Below, piece by piece: positions 25,805 through 39,052 of a stretch of 64,000 nt of DNA. The position numbers and the translations under genes were made by a program. The notes under the pieces were generated by a model. That model searched no databases. It saw nothing but the letters and a program-made list of their open reading frames with translations, and had not been told where the DNA came from. Source of the stretch: Octopus vulgaris (lineage: Eukaryota); assembly GCA_951406725.2 (NCBI GenBank), contig OX597819.1:23374001-23438000 (forward strand), given 5' to 3'. Every line of letters begins with the position of its first letter. Within the stretch, counting starts at the first letter, position 1.

Positions 25805-26135
25805 GTATTTTTTTTTCTGCTTTCTTTAAATTTTCTTCCGTTTCTCACCGGGTGTTTTCCGTACACCTAGGGCAGAGACTCTTTGCATGCATTCCCAGAT
25901 TACACACGCAAATTCACAGGTAAAATATATACTTAAAAAATTAATGAATAAAAATATTCATGAATGGATGTTATTTTCACAGCGATAATGCTCTTCTCGG
26001 TACATGAGCCGTTCCATTCAACACGATTTTTTGTACTTCCTGTAGGGATGGTAAGCCTGGTATCATTTTCAGATAGGTTTCAGTACCTTTTTTTTATCAT
26101 TCCTAGAGATCCCACAATCACTGGTACTGAGATGC
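25805..26135 (-). mobile_element. R4/Dong-type 3' end (second subfamily) next to (TAA)n
   Basis: VPVIVGSLGMIKK..YLKMIPGLPSLQEVQKIVLNGTAHVPRRALSL* plus 3' UTR. Confidence 0.8.
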
Positions 26136-26147
26136 TACATTTTTTCC

Positions 26148-26305
<158 letters not shown>

Positions 26306-26637
26306 TATATGCATATATGGGTACAGGACGTCATCAACTGTGTAAGCAACATGAAGAACGAAAACAAACGAGTTAAATGCGCAAACAACGAGAGAAAAAT
26401 TGAAAAGAGGACAAGTAAAGACAGAGAACGACCCTCATCAGTTGTCGGCTGTCTATCTACTCTTCTGCTCGAAATGAGGAGTGGATAGACAGCCGACAAC
26501 TGAAGAAGGGTCGTTCTCTATTTGCTTGATCTGTTTTCCATTTCTTCACTCGTTGTTTGCGCGTATTTAACTCGTTTGTTTTCGTACTTCATGTTGTTTA
26601 CACAGTTGGTGACGTCCCGTACCCATATATGCATATA
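26306..26637. mobile_element. Fold-back element, ~160-bp imperfect arms (Penelope-like terminal repeat)
   Basis: 26306-26465 is approximately the reverse complement of 26476-26637. Confidence 0.75.
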
Positions 26638-26776
26638 TATGCATACATACATACATATATATGCATATATATTGATAAAAATGGTAAGACAACAAAAGAC
26701 AGAAAGAGACCTCGATATTATGTAAATAGAGGAATTTATCTGTAAATGTAATATGTGACAATTATTCGGTAGCCAT

Positions 26777-26837
26777 GATAAAACTTTGAGTTTCGGATGC
26801 CGAGGTGGAAACCCACGCCGCCATCTCTTCAGTTATC
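26777..26837 (-). ncRNA. Type I hammerhead ribozyme motif
   Basis: GAUAA CUGAAGA GAUG..CAUC C GAAA CU CAA AG UU UUAUC. Confidence 0.65.
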
Positions 26838-27466
26838 CAGACATCGGAAAAACGCTATCTTCCCTTGATGGTGTAGGTACGTTTTTCATAGAATAATCGA
26901 TGTAATAGGCGTCCATATTATATATATATTATTTATATTACATTTGTAGATATAAATGTATTATATAAAGGAGTAAAAGGGTATATATAATATATAGATT
27001 TTATATATAAGAGTATATATAATAGATGGATAGACAGACAGACAGACAGACTGACGTATACATATATACGTATATAATATATACATATGAATACATCTTG
27101 TTTGGAATAGTATATCTCGAAGCATACATATAAAGCTATGAACAACAGCATGTGAATATTGGGTGGGAAAATCCTTTTTGATAGGAAAAAAGATTTTCAG
27201 CCCAATATTTATTTGCAACTACTTATTGTTTTGTGTGTGTGCTTCGAGACATGCTGTTCCAGAATTATCTCAAGTTCTCTCTAAAGCTTATGATATTCTT
27301 ATGATGTTAACAGCATATCGTGTGCACATGTGTGTCTGTTTGTGTTTATGTGTGTGTAATAAAGGGTACAGAATCTACGTGTTCAGACGTAATTCAGAGG
27401 TGCAACGTAATCCAATTGTAAAGGTAACCCAAAGAAACAGCTACAGGTACATCCACCCACCCCCTG

Positions 27467-27507
<41 letters not shown>

Positions 27508-27574
27508 AATTGTTAAAGAGGACAACAAACGTTGAGGCATATACATCATTATTATTATTGGGAAGGAATTCAGA

Positions 27575-27630
27575 GCCCTACATCTGTTTCTGGGATGTCC
27601 CAGAGTATGGCATATTCCGTCATCGGAGAC
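27575..27630 (-). ncRNA. Degenerate hammerhead motif related to 58624-58670
   Basis: GUCU CCGAUGA ..UCCC A GAAA CAGAUG UA GGGC. Confidence 0.45.
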
Positions 27631-29039
27631 AAATGGGGAAAATGATAAATACATTTGATTCTCAACATACAAATCTTCAGTCACGGTATCAAAAGTGAGC
27701 AGCTCTCCTTTCTGTTTTTTTGTACCTCTTCCCTATTTGTAATATCTATCAATGTTTAATTCCCTCGATGTATTTAACAACATCGTTGTATCTTATCCCC
27801 ACCGAAGTTTACTCTGATTTTGTTACCGATAGCTAACTGTGAGTTGAATATTTATCTTATCGACCAAGTTTTCTATTTTCTTGTTATGCTTAAGTCAGCA
27901 GCAGTTTTTCAGCACCAATACCTCCTCCTCCTCCATATAGTAGTTGAAGTCTATAACATAGATCTTCTTCTGGGACCATGATGTTCCTTCGTCTTTCCAA
28001 GAGATGCTTATGATTCAGCTCACACATCCCGTCATGAATCTATACAAATCTTTTACCTGTTTACGCAATAAAATCCCTCCTGTTTCCGTATATTCGAGTG
28101 AATGTTACTGTTACTCGATACATTTTACCTTTGCATCGATCGTAAAGGTAACTGTGGTCCCGTAATCACTATCCTAATCGCTAAAAGCTAAGCAGTCTTG
28201 ATCATCTTGCAATGAAATTCCTTAGTCTCACTTACCATCACACTCATTGGTTGTCTGGGCCAAATAAGTGAAGTAGTTTATATCTACCAACTTCTCTCTT
28301 TTTCTTTCCCACTCGATGATATATAATCACCTAGGAAAAAATAATCCAAAATATAAAATCAAACTGAAGAAATCGCATAAAACATTTAAAATCAGAGTGT
28401 TCATAAAACTAGAGTATTCATGTTTTCAATAATACATACTTATATTACATACCTCCATTAGCAATCGCAACTATGAATAAAGTTATAATAATATTGACTG
28501 TTCTATTCTCCTTTAACTTCCAGACGTACTTGGACAAGGTGGTGGAATTTATTTTTTTCTTATGTAAAGGTATGTGTATGCTATGTATGCCAGGTTTAGA
28601 ATATATTGCTCCTTAGCCAGAAAAACATGTGTGTATGTTATTTTACTTAAAAACTCTAACGCCTTTATGAGAGAATTGTTGTTCAAGGGAGAGTATTCTG
28701 TATTACTCAACATTTGCAGTAAATAAAGTTTCCTTTGGTAACAAATTCTAGAACGTTTTTTTCGCTCTTTAATGATATGACGAAAATATTGCTTCCGTTG
28801 ATGTCAGTTTTCTGTTCTTAACTTCTCGAAAAGTATTACAAATATTGTGTACATACATAAAAATATATTATTGCAATGAATAAAATATAACTAAAGCATT
28901 TATTATTACATTTTAAAACTAGTATATTTAATATATATGTATGGATTAAATCAGTTCAGCTTTTTCTATATCACTTCTATCTTTTAGATTATATTAGATC
29001 CAAACGTTTTTCATCAAAACATATGGCGTTTATGTACTT

Positions 29040-29125
29040 ACGATATGTATATATATATGTATATATATATATATGTTCGTGTGTGTGTATATGTATGTAT
29101 GTGTATAGATATAGATATATGCATG

Positions 29126-29176
<51 letters not shown>

Positions 29177-29292
29177 GTATGTATATGTATATATATACAT
29201 AAATATATATATGTATGTTTGAATGTATGTACGTATATAAATAGACATACATATTCGTACGTAAACGTAAATATAGATAGATAGATAGATAG

Positions 29293-29323
<31 letters not shown>

Positions 29324-29329
29324 CATACA

Positions 29330-29360
<31 letters not shown>

Positions 29361-29375
29361 GTGTGTGTGTGTGTA
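29040..29375. repeat. Compound TA/TATG/GATA/CATA microsatellite
   Basis: direct reading. Confidence 0.9.
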
Positions 29376-29607
29376 TGCAGATTCTATATTCGTTATAAAT
29401 TTCAATATATCGATATTTTTGAAATAGCATGACAAAATTTACCAAAACATTTTGTATTTAAAAGGAAAAGCATTAAAAGATAACACATCAATCTTAGAAA
29501 TTTAATAAGAAACATCTCTAAGATTGATCATCCAACTCTTACATCTAATTCTTACATAGATGTAACATCCTAAATTAACGTAAAGGAAACAGTTGATTTA
29601 TACTAGT

Positions 29608-30492
29608 TTCAAATTTTGGCACGAGGCCAGCAGTTTTGGAAGAAGGGGTCGATTAACTCGAATCCCAGAACTCTCAATTGGTTCTTATTTTATCCACCCT
29701 AAAAGGATAAAAGGCAAAGTCGACTTCGACGGAATTTGAACTTTAAACGTAAAGGTGGATGAAATGCCGCTAAGCATAGGCGCAGGAGTGGCTGTGTGGT
29801 AAGTAGCTTGCTTACCAGCCACATGGTTCCGGGTTCAGTCTCACTGCGTGACACCTTGGGCAAGTGTCTTCTACTATATATTTCTTTACTACCCACAAGG
29901 GGCTAAACACAGAGAGGACGAACAAGGACAGACAAACGGATAAAGTCGATTACATCGACGCCAGTGTGTAACTGGTACTTAATTTATCGACCCCGAAAGG
30001 ATGAAAGGCAAAGTGGACCTCGGCGGAATTTGAACCCAGAACGTAAACGGCAGACGAAATACGGCTACGCATTTCGCCCGGCGTGCTAACGATTCTGCCA
30101 GCTCGCAGTGTCTTCTACTATAGCCTCGGGCCGACCAAAGCTTTGTGAGTGGATTTGGTAGGCGGAAACTGAAAGAAGCCCGTCGTATATATGTATATAT
30201 ATATATATGTAAGTGTGTGTATATATTTGTGTGTCTGTGTTTCCCCCCCCCCACATCGCCTGATAACCGATGCTGGTGTGCTTACGTCCTCGTAACTTAG
30301 AGGTTCGGCAAAAGAGACCGATAGAATAAGAACTAGGCTTATAAAGAATATGTGCTGGGGTCGATTTGCTCTACTAAAGGCGGTGCTCCAGCATGACCAC
30401 AGTCACATGACTGAAACAAGTAAAAGAGTAAAAGAGAACAAGAGTAAGCATTTCGCCCGGCGTGTTAACGATTCTGCCAATTTGCCACCTTA
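29608..30492. mobile_element. Triple-nested SINEs: M(-) containing C(+, 29779-30444) containing M(-, 29879-30106)
   Basis: TSD TAAGCAT 29771-29777 / 30445-30451; TSD AGTGTCTTCTACTATA 29863-29878 / 30107-30122. Confidence 0.9.
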
Positions 30493-30651
30493 AGATCGAT
30501 TATATTGACCTCAGTATTTCACTGGTCCTGTGTTTTAGTGACTCCGGAAGGATGGAAACAAAGTTGACCTTGATGCGAGTGGAATTCAGAACATAAAGTT
30601 CAGGAACATATTTCACAAGACAATTTGTCAAGAAGGCTAAAGATTATGACA

Positions 30652-30704
<53 letters not shown>

Positions 30705-30788
30705 AATATAGGATGAAGTTTTTTCTCTACAGAAAAAAATTCCATCAAGAAATGTGGCAGCATATTAAAATACCTTTACGGTTAAAAT

Positions 30789-31037
30789 TATAAACAACTT
30801 ATAAGTAAGGGCTAAAGAAAATAATTTCTATGCCAATATGCTGATAACAGACTATTAAATCGTCAATTTCCACATATAATCTACTTGCTACAGCAAAAAA
30901 AATCGCGACTTCAGTTCTTCGATTTTTTTTTTGCTGTAGCGAGTAGATTATATGTGGAAATTGACGATTTAATAGTCTGTTATCAGCATATTGGCTTTGA
31001 AATAATTTTCTTTAGCCCTTACTTATAAGTTGTTTAT
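30789..31037. mobile_element. Fold-back element, ~115-bp arms, between (TA)n tracts
   Basis: 30789-30905 is the reverse complement of 30920-31037. Confidence 0.8.
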
Positions 31038-31065
31038 ATATATATATGCATACATACATACATAA

Positions 31066-31124
<59 letters not shown>

Positions 31125-31127
<3 letters not shown>

Positions 31128-31408
31128 TATTCCTTCTCGAGTTACGCCTGGCTCATTAGGGCCGGTTTCCCGGTTTCCCGGTTTCCTTGGTGTATAGGTT
31201 CCCCACCTGGACGGGACGCCGGTCTGTCACAAGTGAGCTGCAAGATGCACGAGGAAAGAGTGAGAGAAAGTTGTGGTGAAAGTGTCAGCAGAAATTCGCC
31301 ATTACCTTCTGACGGAGCCACGCGGAGCATAGGTGTTTCGCTCATAAACACACACATCGCCCGGTCTGAGATTCAAAGCCTTGAACCACTGGGTCATGTG
31401 CCTCCACA
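31125..31408 (-). mobile_element. SINE family R, second tail type
   Basis: matches 18684-18975. Confidence 0.8.
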
Positions 31409-31483
31409 TCTATATGTGTGTGTGTGTGTATTCGTATACAACCCATACTTATAGATCCACACACACACATGTTAGGGTGTGCA

Positions 31484-31533
<50 letters not shown>

Positions 31534-32204
31534 CGTGTGAAATTTCACTCAATAATTTTTACTCTAAAACTTTTTTTCATTGAGCGTCAACCGAATATTA
31601 TTAGCTGTGAAAGTCCCTTTGACTTTTGTTTCTTGTATTTGATGATGATAATGATGATGATAATGATTGATATATATATATATATATATATATATGCGTG
31701 TGCATGTCTGAGTGCGTGCGTGTTTGATTGTTTGCGTGTCCCTAACAGGTAAAATTTGAGGAGAGAAAAGCTAACAACTTTGCATCTAGTGGAAAAGCCT
31801 GCAGCATAAGTGAGGAACAGAAAATTGATTTGCTAAAACAAACATAAAAAATATCTTGAGCCGTGAATGTTGAAAGCAAATGGAAGATAGCAATATGAAG
31901 GAAGTTGTCCAGCTCACTTAGCTTAAGTACAGTACGGATAGTGAAGGAAACATCACAGGTGAAATATGATGGAGAATGTCATAAGCAACTAATTACTTAA
32001 AATGACTTTGTCAGAAAGCGTTCATTATAATAATTACGCACCTTCGACTTACTCTTGCCTGTGTGGTTTAGTGTAAGCTTTTGAAAGCTGAAAAATCAAC
32101 CTAGAAAGCAGAATAAAACGTTGATTCCATTGGCCTATAACAGGTTCCAAAGTATTATATGCGTAAATGAGAGTTGTTCAAAACCAGCAAATAAATTTGG
32201 AAAA

Positions 32205-32585
32205 TGGGCCTGAAATTTCATGGGACTAGGATTAGTCGATTACATCGACCCCAGAGTTTGTTTGATATTTATTTTTATCGACGCCGAAGGATGAAGGGCA
32301 AAGTCAAAAGAAATGCCGCGACGCACTTTGTCCGGCACTGGATTCTGCCAGCTTGCTGCCTTAAGTGAACCCATAATATAGGTTTGAAATATTAGCACAA
32401 GGCCAGTAGTTTTAGGGAAGGGGTAAGTCAACTATATCGACCACAGTGCTCAGCTGGTACTTATTTACCAATCCCCAAAGGATGAAAAGCAAAATCACCT
32501 TCGGTGAAATTTGAACTCAGAACGTAAAGAGAATAAAATGCTGCTAAGCATTTTGCCCGGCGTGCTAATGGTTCTGCCAGCACGC
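32205..32585 (-). mobile_element. Two SINE family M copies
   Basis: family match. Confidence 0.75.
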
Positions 32586-32592
32586 TGATATT

Positions 32593-33125
32593 CAGTAATC
32601 CCTCGACTATCGCGGGTGTTACGTTTCAAAACCTCCCGCGTTAGGTGAAAATCCGCGAAGTAGAAACAGTACTGTATTGTATATATATTTTAAAATTATT
32701 TTTATAATTTGTATATATTTATTTAATTATGAATGCAAAACAACAGCACACTCTCGCCTCACGGGTTTCGTTTTCCATACAGTATATGCGATTGTTTGTT
32801 TACTCATCTACGGTACAATACGTATTTACTTTTAATATATTTTAATTAATGTGTTATACAGTGCAGTACTGTACTGTGTTTTTATTTATTAATTTATTAA
32901 TTTTTATGCGTGAAAATGTTTATTTTACCACAGAAATAATTAAAATCTAAAAAAACTATAAATACCTATCGGCTGCAGAAACCCGCGATATATTGAGGAG
33001 TCCGCGATATAAATTTACATATATATATTAGCCAGAAAAATCCGCGATGGACTGAAGGCGTGATAGATGAACCTCGATGTACTGAGTGCGCGATAGGTGA
33101 ACCGCGATATGGCGGGGAATTACTG
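32593..33125. mobile_element. pogo/Tigger-like MITE
   Basis: TIR CAGTAATCCCTCG.CTATCGCGG / CCGCGATAT..GGAATTACTG. Confidence 0.75.
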
Positions 33126-33454
33126 TATATTTCATCCAGACCAAACCCATATAGAACAATTTATTGCCCTATTTCTGGATGAACCTGTTTAATAAACTAT
33201 TTCAATTAAAATATAGAAGTCAGTTCAAAATTGCCATAACTTTTGCCTTTTACCTTTTGCTTTATTCACTGGATTGCGGCCATACTGGGGCATTGCCTTA
33301 AAAGGTTTAGGCGAACAAATGGCTTCCTGTACGTATTTCATCCATCCGTTCTGCCGAACGGCTAGCTTAACAAGGAGGCAAACAAACCAACATCGGTTGT
33401 CAATCTGTGGACTCAGATGATAGCAAACACACACATACACACACACATATATAT

Positions 33455-33534
<80 letters not shown>

Positions 33535-33658
33535 TAAGGAACGGTCATAATAGGCCGTTCAACCCACTAGAAATAGCAGCCAAGGCTTCAACCGCAAAAC
33601 AATATTAATTCCGTAAACCAGGAGAAAATTTTAAAAAACATTTACCCTGTAATTTACC

Positions 33659-33730
<72 letters not shown>

Positions 33731-34650
33731 GCCTGCTCGCTTAGCCAGCGGGATGGCGTCATTTGAAGGCTAAAACAATGTGAAGCGCATTGTGACCAGC
33801 GATGTGTAGCAACATCTGATAGCCTGGTCGGTCACGGTGATCACGGTGATATATATACACACGTCGGGATTCCACTCAGTTACCGTCTACCAAATTCGAC
33901 AAAGCATTGTTCGACCCGAGGCTATAGTAAAAGACACCTGCCCGATGTGCTGCGCAGTGGGAGTTGAACCTGAAACCGTGTGGTTGCAAAGCGAGTTTAT
34001 TAACAACAGAGTAATGCCTGTTTATAATGTTAGAAATGAAATTTAAAAGTTAATTTCTGGAAATGAAGGAGGAAATTAAAATATTTTCTCAGAATTAATT
34101 TGATTTTTTTTTCAAATATTTTCATTTATTTTAATTACTTTTTTAATAGCTAATTATTCCATATTTTATATTTTATATGCTTTAAATTTCTATCAACTCC
34201 CGATTCCCTCTCACCCCACCTCCTTCTCGTTCCCCTTATCTTCTCATCTGCTCTATTAATTCTTAGTTTTCAATTATCTCTGCTTTAACCTACTTCAAAT
34301 ATTTACCATATCGAATATCGTCTGTTTCTATTTTTAGGGTCGCTCTAGTGCAATATAGAGATATTTTAATGAAACTTAGCTTGTCATTCCCTTGAACTTT
34401 AGTACATCTATCCTCATTTATCACGGAGATTTGGTTTTCAAAAACAAGTGATAAATGAATTATCTCCATGCAATTTGTAAATGGAATGAATGGTAGAGTC
34501 ATTGACATCAAACTCGTGGCTTGCAGTAGCAATGCTTCCACGTCACGCGTTTTTTTTTTAAATTATCTCAACTTTTTCTAGCAGAAAATATGCACGTGAG
34601 CATCGTTTGTTAGGATCAGAAGCCTTCGTATTTCTTCCGTTTACTGGTCA

Positions 34651-35163
34651 CTAGCAGTATCGCCCGGCGTTGCTCGGGTTTGTAAGGGAAATAACTATAT
34701 AAGCATTTTTAGAGAGTCACTTCCCTTATAGATGCCAATTCGGGCTTTCTTAGCCATTTCTGTTTTGGTGTCTTCAAGCCATGAAGTCGTTGTTCTAAAA
34801 GAACGCTGGTCTCTTTGACAACGCTTTACGGCGTTGATTTCCTTACACTCCCTTCCCCACAGCTTCACGAGGGAGGGAAGAAGGGGGAGAAGCAAACAGG
34901 TGCAGGTGTGACCATGGACGCCAACTCCGCCGCCATCGACACACGAAAAATTATGCATTAAAATGGAATAAAAAATGATGTTAAATTATTTTAAAAATCG
35001 TAGACTCATCGTAGACGCGCGCTAATACTCAGACGGGCTCGATATGAATCACGACTATAAGATACCCGAATTTGGTTAAACTGCACCGCAAAATGTGGGA
35101 GTAGTTAGGAATCTAAATCGAAGGGGACAGACACTCACACAACTACAGTTTTATATATATAGA
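34651..35163 (-). mobile_element. Non-autonomous Helitron, variant with a different interior
   Basis: same ends as 7342-7737; 34735-34950 replaces the internal duplication. Confidence 0.85.
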
Positions 35164-35981
35164 TATGTTGATAGATACGAGTAAGAAAATCTGTATAAAA
35201 AATACACACCCTCGCAACACAGCCGCGTAAAGGCAGGCGATTGTCAGTGCATTCTGGGCAGCTGAGCATCATGGGTGATCACTGGGGCGCGTGTTATTAC
35301 GGATCAAACCATGATGAGTGTAACATGGTTCACATTTTAGCGTACTGATGAATGAATCAGTGATAAACGAGACAACATGTATTATGTAAGGATGGATATA
35401 CATTCACAGTTTCCCTTAATCTCCTTCAAAGCACTAAAATATTACATAATCGGGGTTATGAAAACTTATACATTTCCTGTGAATAAGATAACCTCTACGC
35501 ATTCGTTTGATCTAATGGAAATAGCAACCAAATTCCCTCTAGTCACATTTTATTTTCGTAAAACTAGAGATACCCACTGGATATTGTTGTCCTATATATC
35601 CATAATTATTGGATGATCAAATCCGGATTGCTTTTGAACAGAGATTTCCTCAGTCAGGAAGCAAGAATGTCTGGAATTCCAAAGAATAGTAAAATGTTAA
35701 AATTAATGTCGAGTTGGAAATAGAAAGCTACCGAGATCAATATTGTCCCTTTCAGTTTCCCTTCTTGTAGACTGGTATTTCATTAATTCCTTCCACTCAG
35801 TCTCTCTTTCTCTCTCTCCCTTTCTCTCTCCTTCTCTTTCTCTCTCTCTCTCTCTCTTTCTTTCTCTCGCATTCTTTCTCTCGAGTTCTTTCTCTCCCTT
35901 TTCCCACCCGCTCTCTCCCCTTCTCTCACTCTTCTTTCTCCATCTGAGCCACTGTAGATTTATATATAAAAATCCATATAT

Positions 35982-36038
<57 letters not shown>

Positions 36039-36271
36039 TATCCACTAACACGTATATCTAGATATGTGTGTGAGTGTGTGTGTGTGTGTTATTTTCAGTT
36101 TTACTAAGATTCATTGACAATAGAGAAGGAGTCAGTCTCTAACCTAGATCCAAGGCTCTTTCATTGGAATTTCAACATCAACAACAGGGTATTTTTGTAT
36201 GTATGAGTGTATATATATATATATATACACCCTGATGGCATTTTCAGACAGCTGCTTATGATGGTAATATT

Positions 36272-36458
36272 CGAAATACTTAGCGCTATTTCGTCTGCCG
36301 TTACGTTCTGAGTTCAAATTCCGCTGAGGTCGAGATTGCCTTTCATCCTTTCAGGGTCGATTAAGTAAGTACCAGTTACGCACTGGGGTCAATGTAATCG
36401 ACTTAATCCCTTGTTTGTCCCCTCTATGTTTATCCCGCCTGTGGGCAATAAAGAAATA
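36272..36458 (+). mobile_element. SINE family M, 5'-truncated, Tx1-like tail
   Basis: family match. Confidence 0.85.
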
Positions 36459-36508
36459 AAAAATATCTTCGGTGTTAACTTCACATCGGTTGTCACATTT
36501 TACTACTT

Positions 36509-36660
36509 TGGTGGTTGTGGTGGTGGTTGTGGTGGTGGTGGTGGTGGTGGTGGTGGTGGTGGTGGTGGTGGTGGTGGTGGTGGTGGTGGTGGTGGTGGTG
36601 GTGGTGGTGGTGGTGGTGGTTGTGGTGGTTGTGGTGGTTGTAGTGGTTGTCGTCGTGGTG
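36509..36660. repeat. (GGT)n microsatellite
   Basis: direct reading. Confidence 0.95.
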
Positions 36661-36867
36661 ATGAATTTGGTTATGCTCGTTATGAAAGTAAAGATCCTAT
36701 TTTCTGTGTTTAGACGCAGATTTTAAAATAAAAGGTCATTAACAAAATTATCTACCTTTAGATTTTAAGTAATATTTTAAGTTTTTTGTGCTATAATATA
36801 AACCTGTATGCATTATATGTATACACACACATACACACACACACACACACACACATATGTGTATATA

Positions 36868-37483
36868 CAGAGTGCGGTGAATAAACTGTCATCTAAATTA
36901 CACAAAAATGAAAATAACACTGACATCTCATTTTAACGAATATATTGACCAAAACTACTTTAAAATATCTTGAAATAAGGAAGAGTAAATTTATTCAATA
37001 AAATCGCCATTAGTTACAACCACGGCCTCAAGACGACTTCGGAATCTCTTGTAACTCTTCTGAGCGGTCATCTTGTTTAAGTTGGTGAATGCTGCCATAA
37101 TTCTTGCCTTCAGTTCATCTTTGATGTTACAAGGAGTTTTGTTGGTCTCTCGCTCAAATGCGTCTCCCACACATAATAATCAAAGAGGTTACAGTCTGGG
37201 GAGTTAGGTGACCAGATGTTAGGAGTGATGTGGTGGCAAAAATTGTCTTACAGCCATGATTTGGTTCTCGTGCTTGTGTAGCATGGTGCAGATTCCTGTT
37301 GCTAGACATAGGGTCTTTCAGCAACCACCCTCTTGACCCAGAGCAGCACTACCTCCTCCAGGCACTTGATTTAAGCTTCTGTGTGGAGCCTGAGGCGGAA
37401 TGGGAATATGAATGGAGACATATCGTCGCCATCACTAGTGATCACTCCAAACACCATAATGTTAACTGGATGGTAGATTTTTA
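36868..37483 (-). pseudogene. Tc1/mariner transposase C-terminal remnant, maT/DD37D-like
   Basis: IMVFGVITSDG..QQESAPCYTS..WSPNSPDCNLFDYYVW..RFRSRLEAVVVTNGDFIE*; terminal TA|CAG. Confidence 0.8.
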
Positions 37484-37821
37484 TCTTGGGGAAATTTCGA
37501 ACGTAGGTTCTTATTCCTAAGGTATTGCGTAGTGGTTAAGAGCGCGGGCTACTAACCCCAAGATTCCGAGTTCGATTCCAGGCAGTGACCTGAATAATAA
37601 TAATAACGATAATCATAATAATAATGATGATAATGATGATGATGATAACAGCGAAAAATACCTTAGGAATGATAACCCAGGTTCGAAATTTCCCCCAAGA
37701 TACCCGATGAAGGCTGGAGGGTATATCAGCCGAAAAGTTGTGTTAACAACAAACAAGATGGGGATAAATATCTGTCGAATGTAAATAATATACATAATTC
37801 CTCATCTCTTAAATATAGAAC
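37484..37821 (+). mobile_element. Composite tRNA-head/(TAA)n/hammerhead-tail element with 5' inverted tail fragment
   Basis: inverted piece 37484-37526; tRNA head 37527-37592; TAA/TGA repeat 37593-37649; tail 37650-37821. Confidence 0.85.
37699..37744 (+). ncRNA. Minimal type I hammerhead motif (U4>C in this copy)
   Basis: GAUAC CCGAUGA A GGCUG GAGGGUAUAU CAGCC GAAA AGUU GUGUU. Confidence 0.6.
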
Positions 37822-37959
37822 TAATATAGATACCTTTAAAACATTTCAAACAGGGGAAAATGCATTTCATTTACCTTATATTTTGCTGAAATTGAATCTC
37901 TTCAGTAACTGCCGTTTTATTAAACAATTCGTTTAAATCTGTTGGAGTAGTTTTCTTTT

Positions 37960-38770
37960 CATGCAGTTAATGTCTTGGGTTAAAGATTTAAATTATATTA
38001 AGGTTGATGTTTTCAAAGAGCTGTGATTTTTATTATTAATGGCTTTCAATGAAACGGGAACTCTGTAGCTGCTAATGAATGATGCAATGAAAAAAGGTTA
38101 ATCACAAATTTCGACAATAAAGGGAAGCGATAGTCATAGCCAAATTTTTTCCGAGATATGTTAAGCCCAATCTTTTTTTAGATATTTTTTTCTGCATTAC
38201 GAGATTCAGTTTGTAGTATCAACTCCCTCCATTCTTTATTAATTTGTTCATAATGTTCTTCGTGGGCGAGATTGAAAAATTTCCGAAATAATGGGATAAT
38301 TGATTTTGGCCTTCCTTCGATAAAATAGCTCGGTTCTAACGCTTTAAATAACGCTAACTTTGTAAACACTTCACAAGATAAAAAGAGCTAAAGCTTCTGC
38401 TTTGTAAAACAAACAGAATTTTTTAATATTTATTCGATGTTTTTGCAGTTGTTTTGTGGAAATCTTTGTTGAATTATCCAGAAAATTCTTTTTAAAGTGG
38501 CACAACAATAAATGTCAACTCTACAGAGATATGATGAAGGACCATTAACATTAATTCTACTTATATCTTTAGGCCTCACAGTTTTGCAACGTGAAATGAT
38601 TGAAATCATTTTAACACTAGTATTAAAAGAATGTCTTAATGAAATGTAAAATCGTGAGCAAAACTGATTAGGTATTCAAAGGTTGTTTCATTGTTGTTTA
38701 AAAAAAGTCAAAAAGGTCTTCTATACAATTACATGAAGGGCAGCACATGATATCCTTTGTTATTCTGAAT
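37960..38770 (-). pseudogene. hAT-like transposase remnant (C-terminal dimerisation region)
   Basis: EQINKEWREL..RFPLLSKFVINLFSLHHSLAATE resembles the hAT FP.L.....LSLPHS.A..ER motif. Confidence 0.6.
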
Positions 38771-38783
38771 CTGGTGACGAGGC

Positions 38784-39052
38784 TTGTTTGTTTGTTTGTT
38801 TGTTGAGCGCCTGGGAGAAGTCCGAGATGTGGTCCTTTGCTATTCGTAAGACCCGCAGAAGACGCCGAGAGCTTCGACGGATAGATGAATGCGCATCCAG
38901 GCTCAGCGGTTGCGTAGGGAGTCGGGGACAAGAAACAGGAAGAAAGAGTGAGAGAAAGTTGGAGCGAAAGAGTTTATACAGGGGTCGCCACCACCCCCTG
39001 CCGGAGCCTCATGGAGCTTTAGGTGTTTTCGCTCAATAAACACACACAAAAC
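38784..39052 (-). mobile_element. 5'-truncated SINE family R with a third tail ending in (AAAC)n
   Basis: R body 38925-39048; TSD GGTGACGAGGCT 38772-38783 / 39053-39064. Confidence 0.8.

Noticed and set aside
26467-26512. Type II hammerhead (GCUC GAAA ... CUGAAGA AGGG) at the fold-back centre
   Set aside because: The segment that should form stem I is not self-complementary
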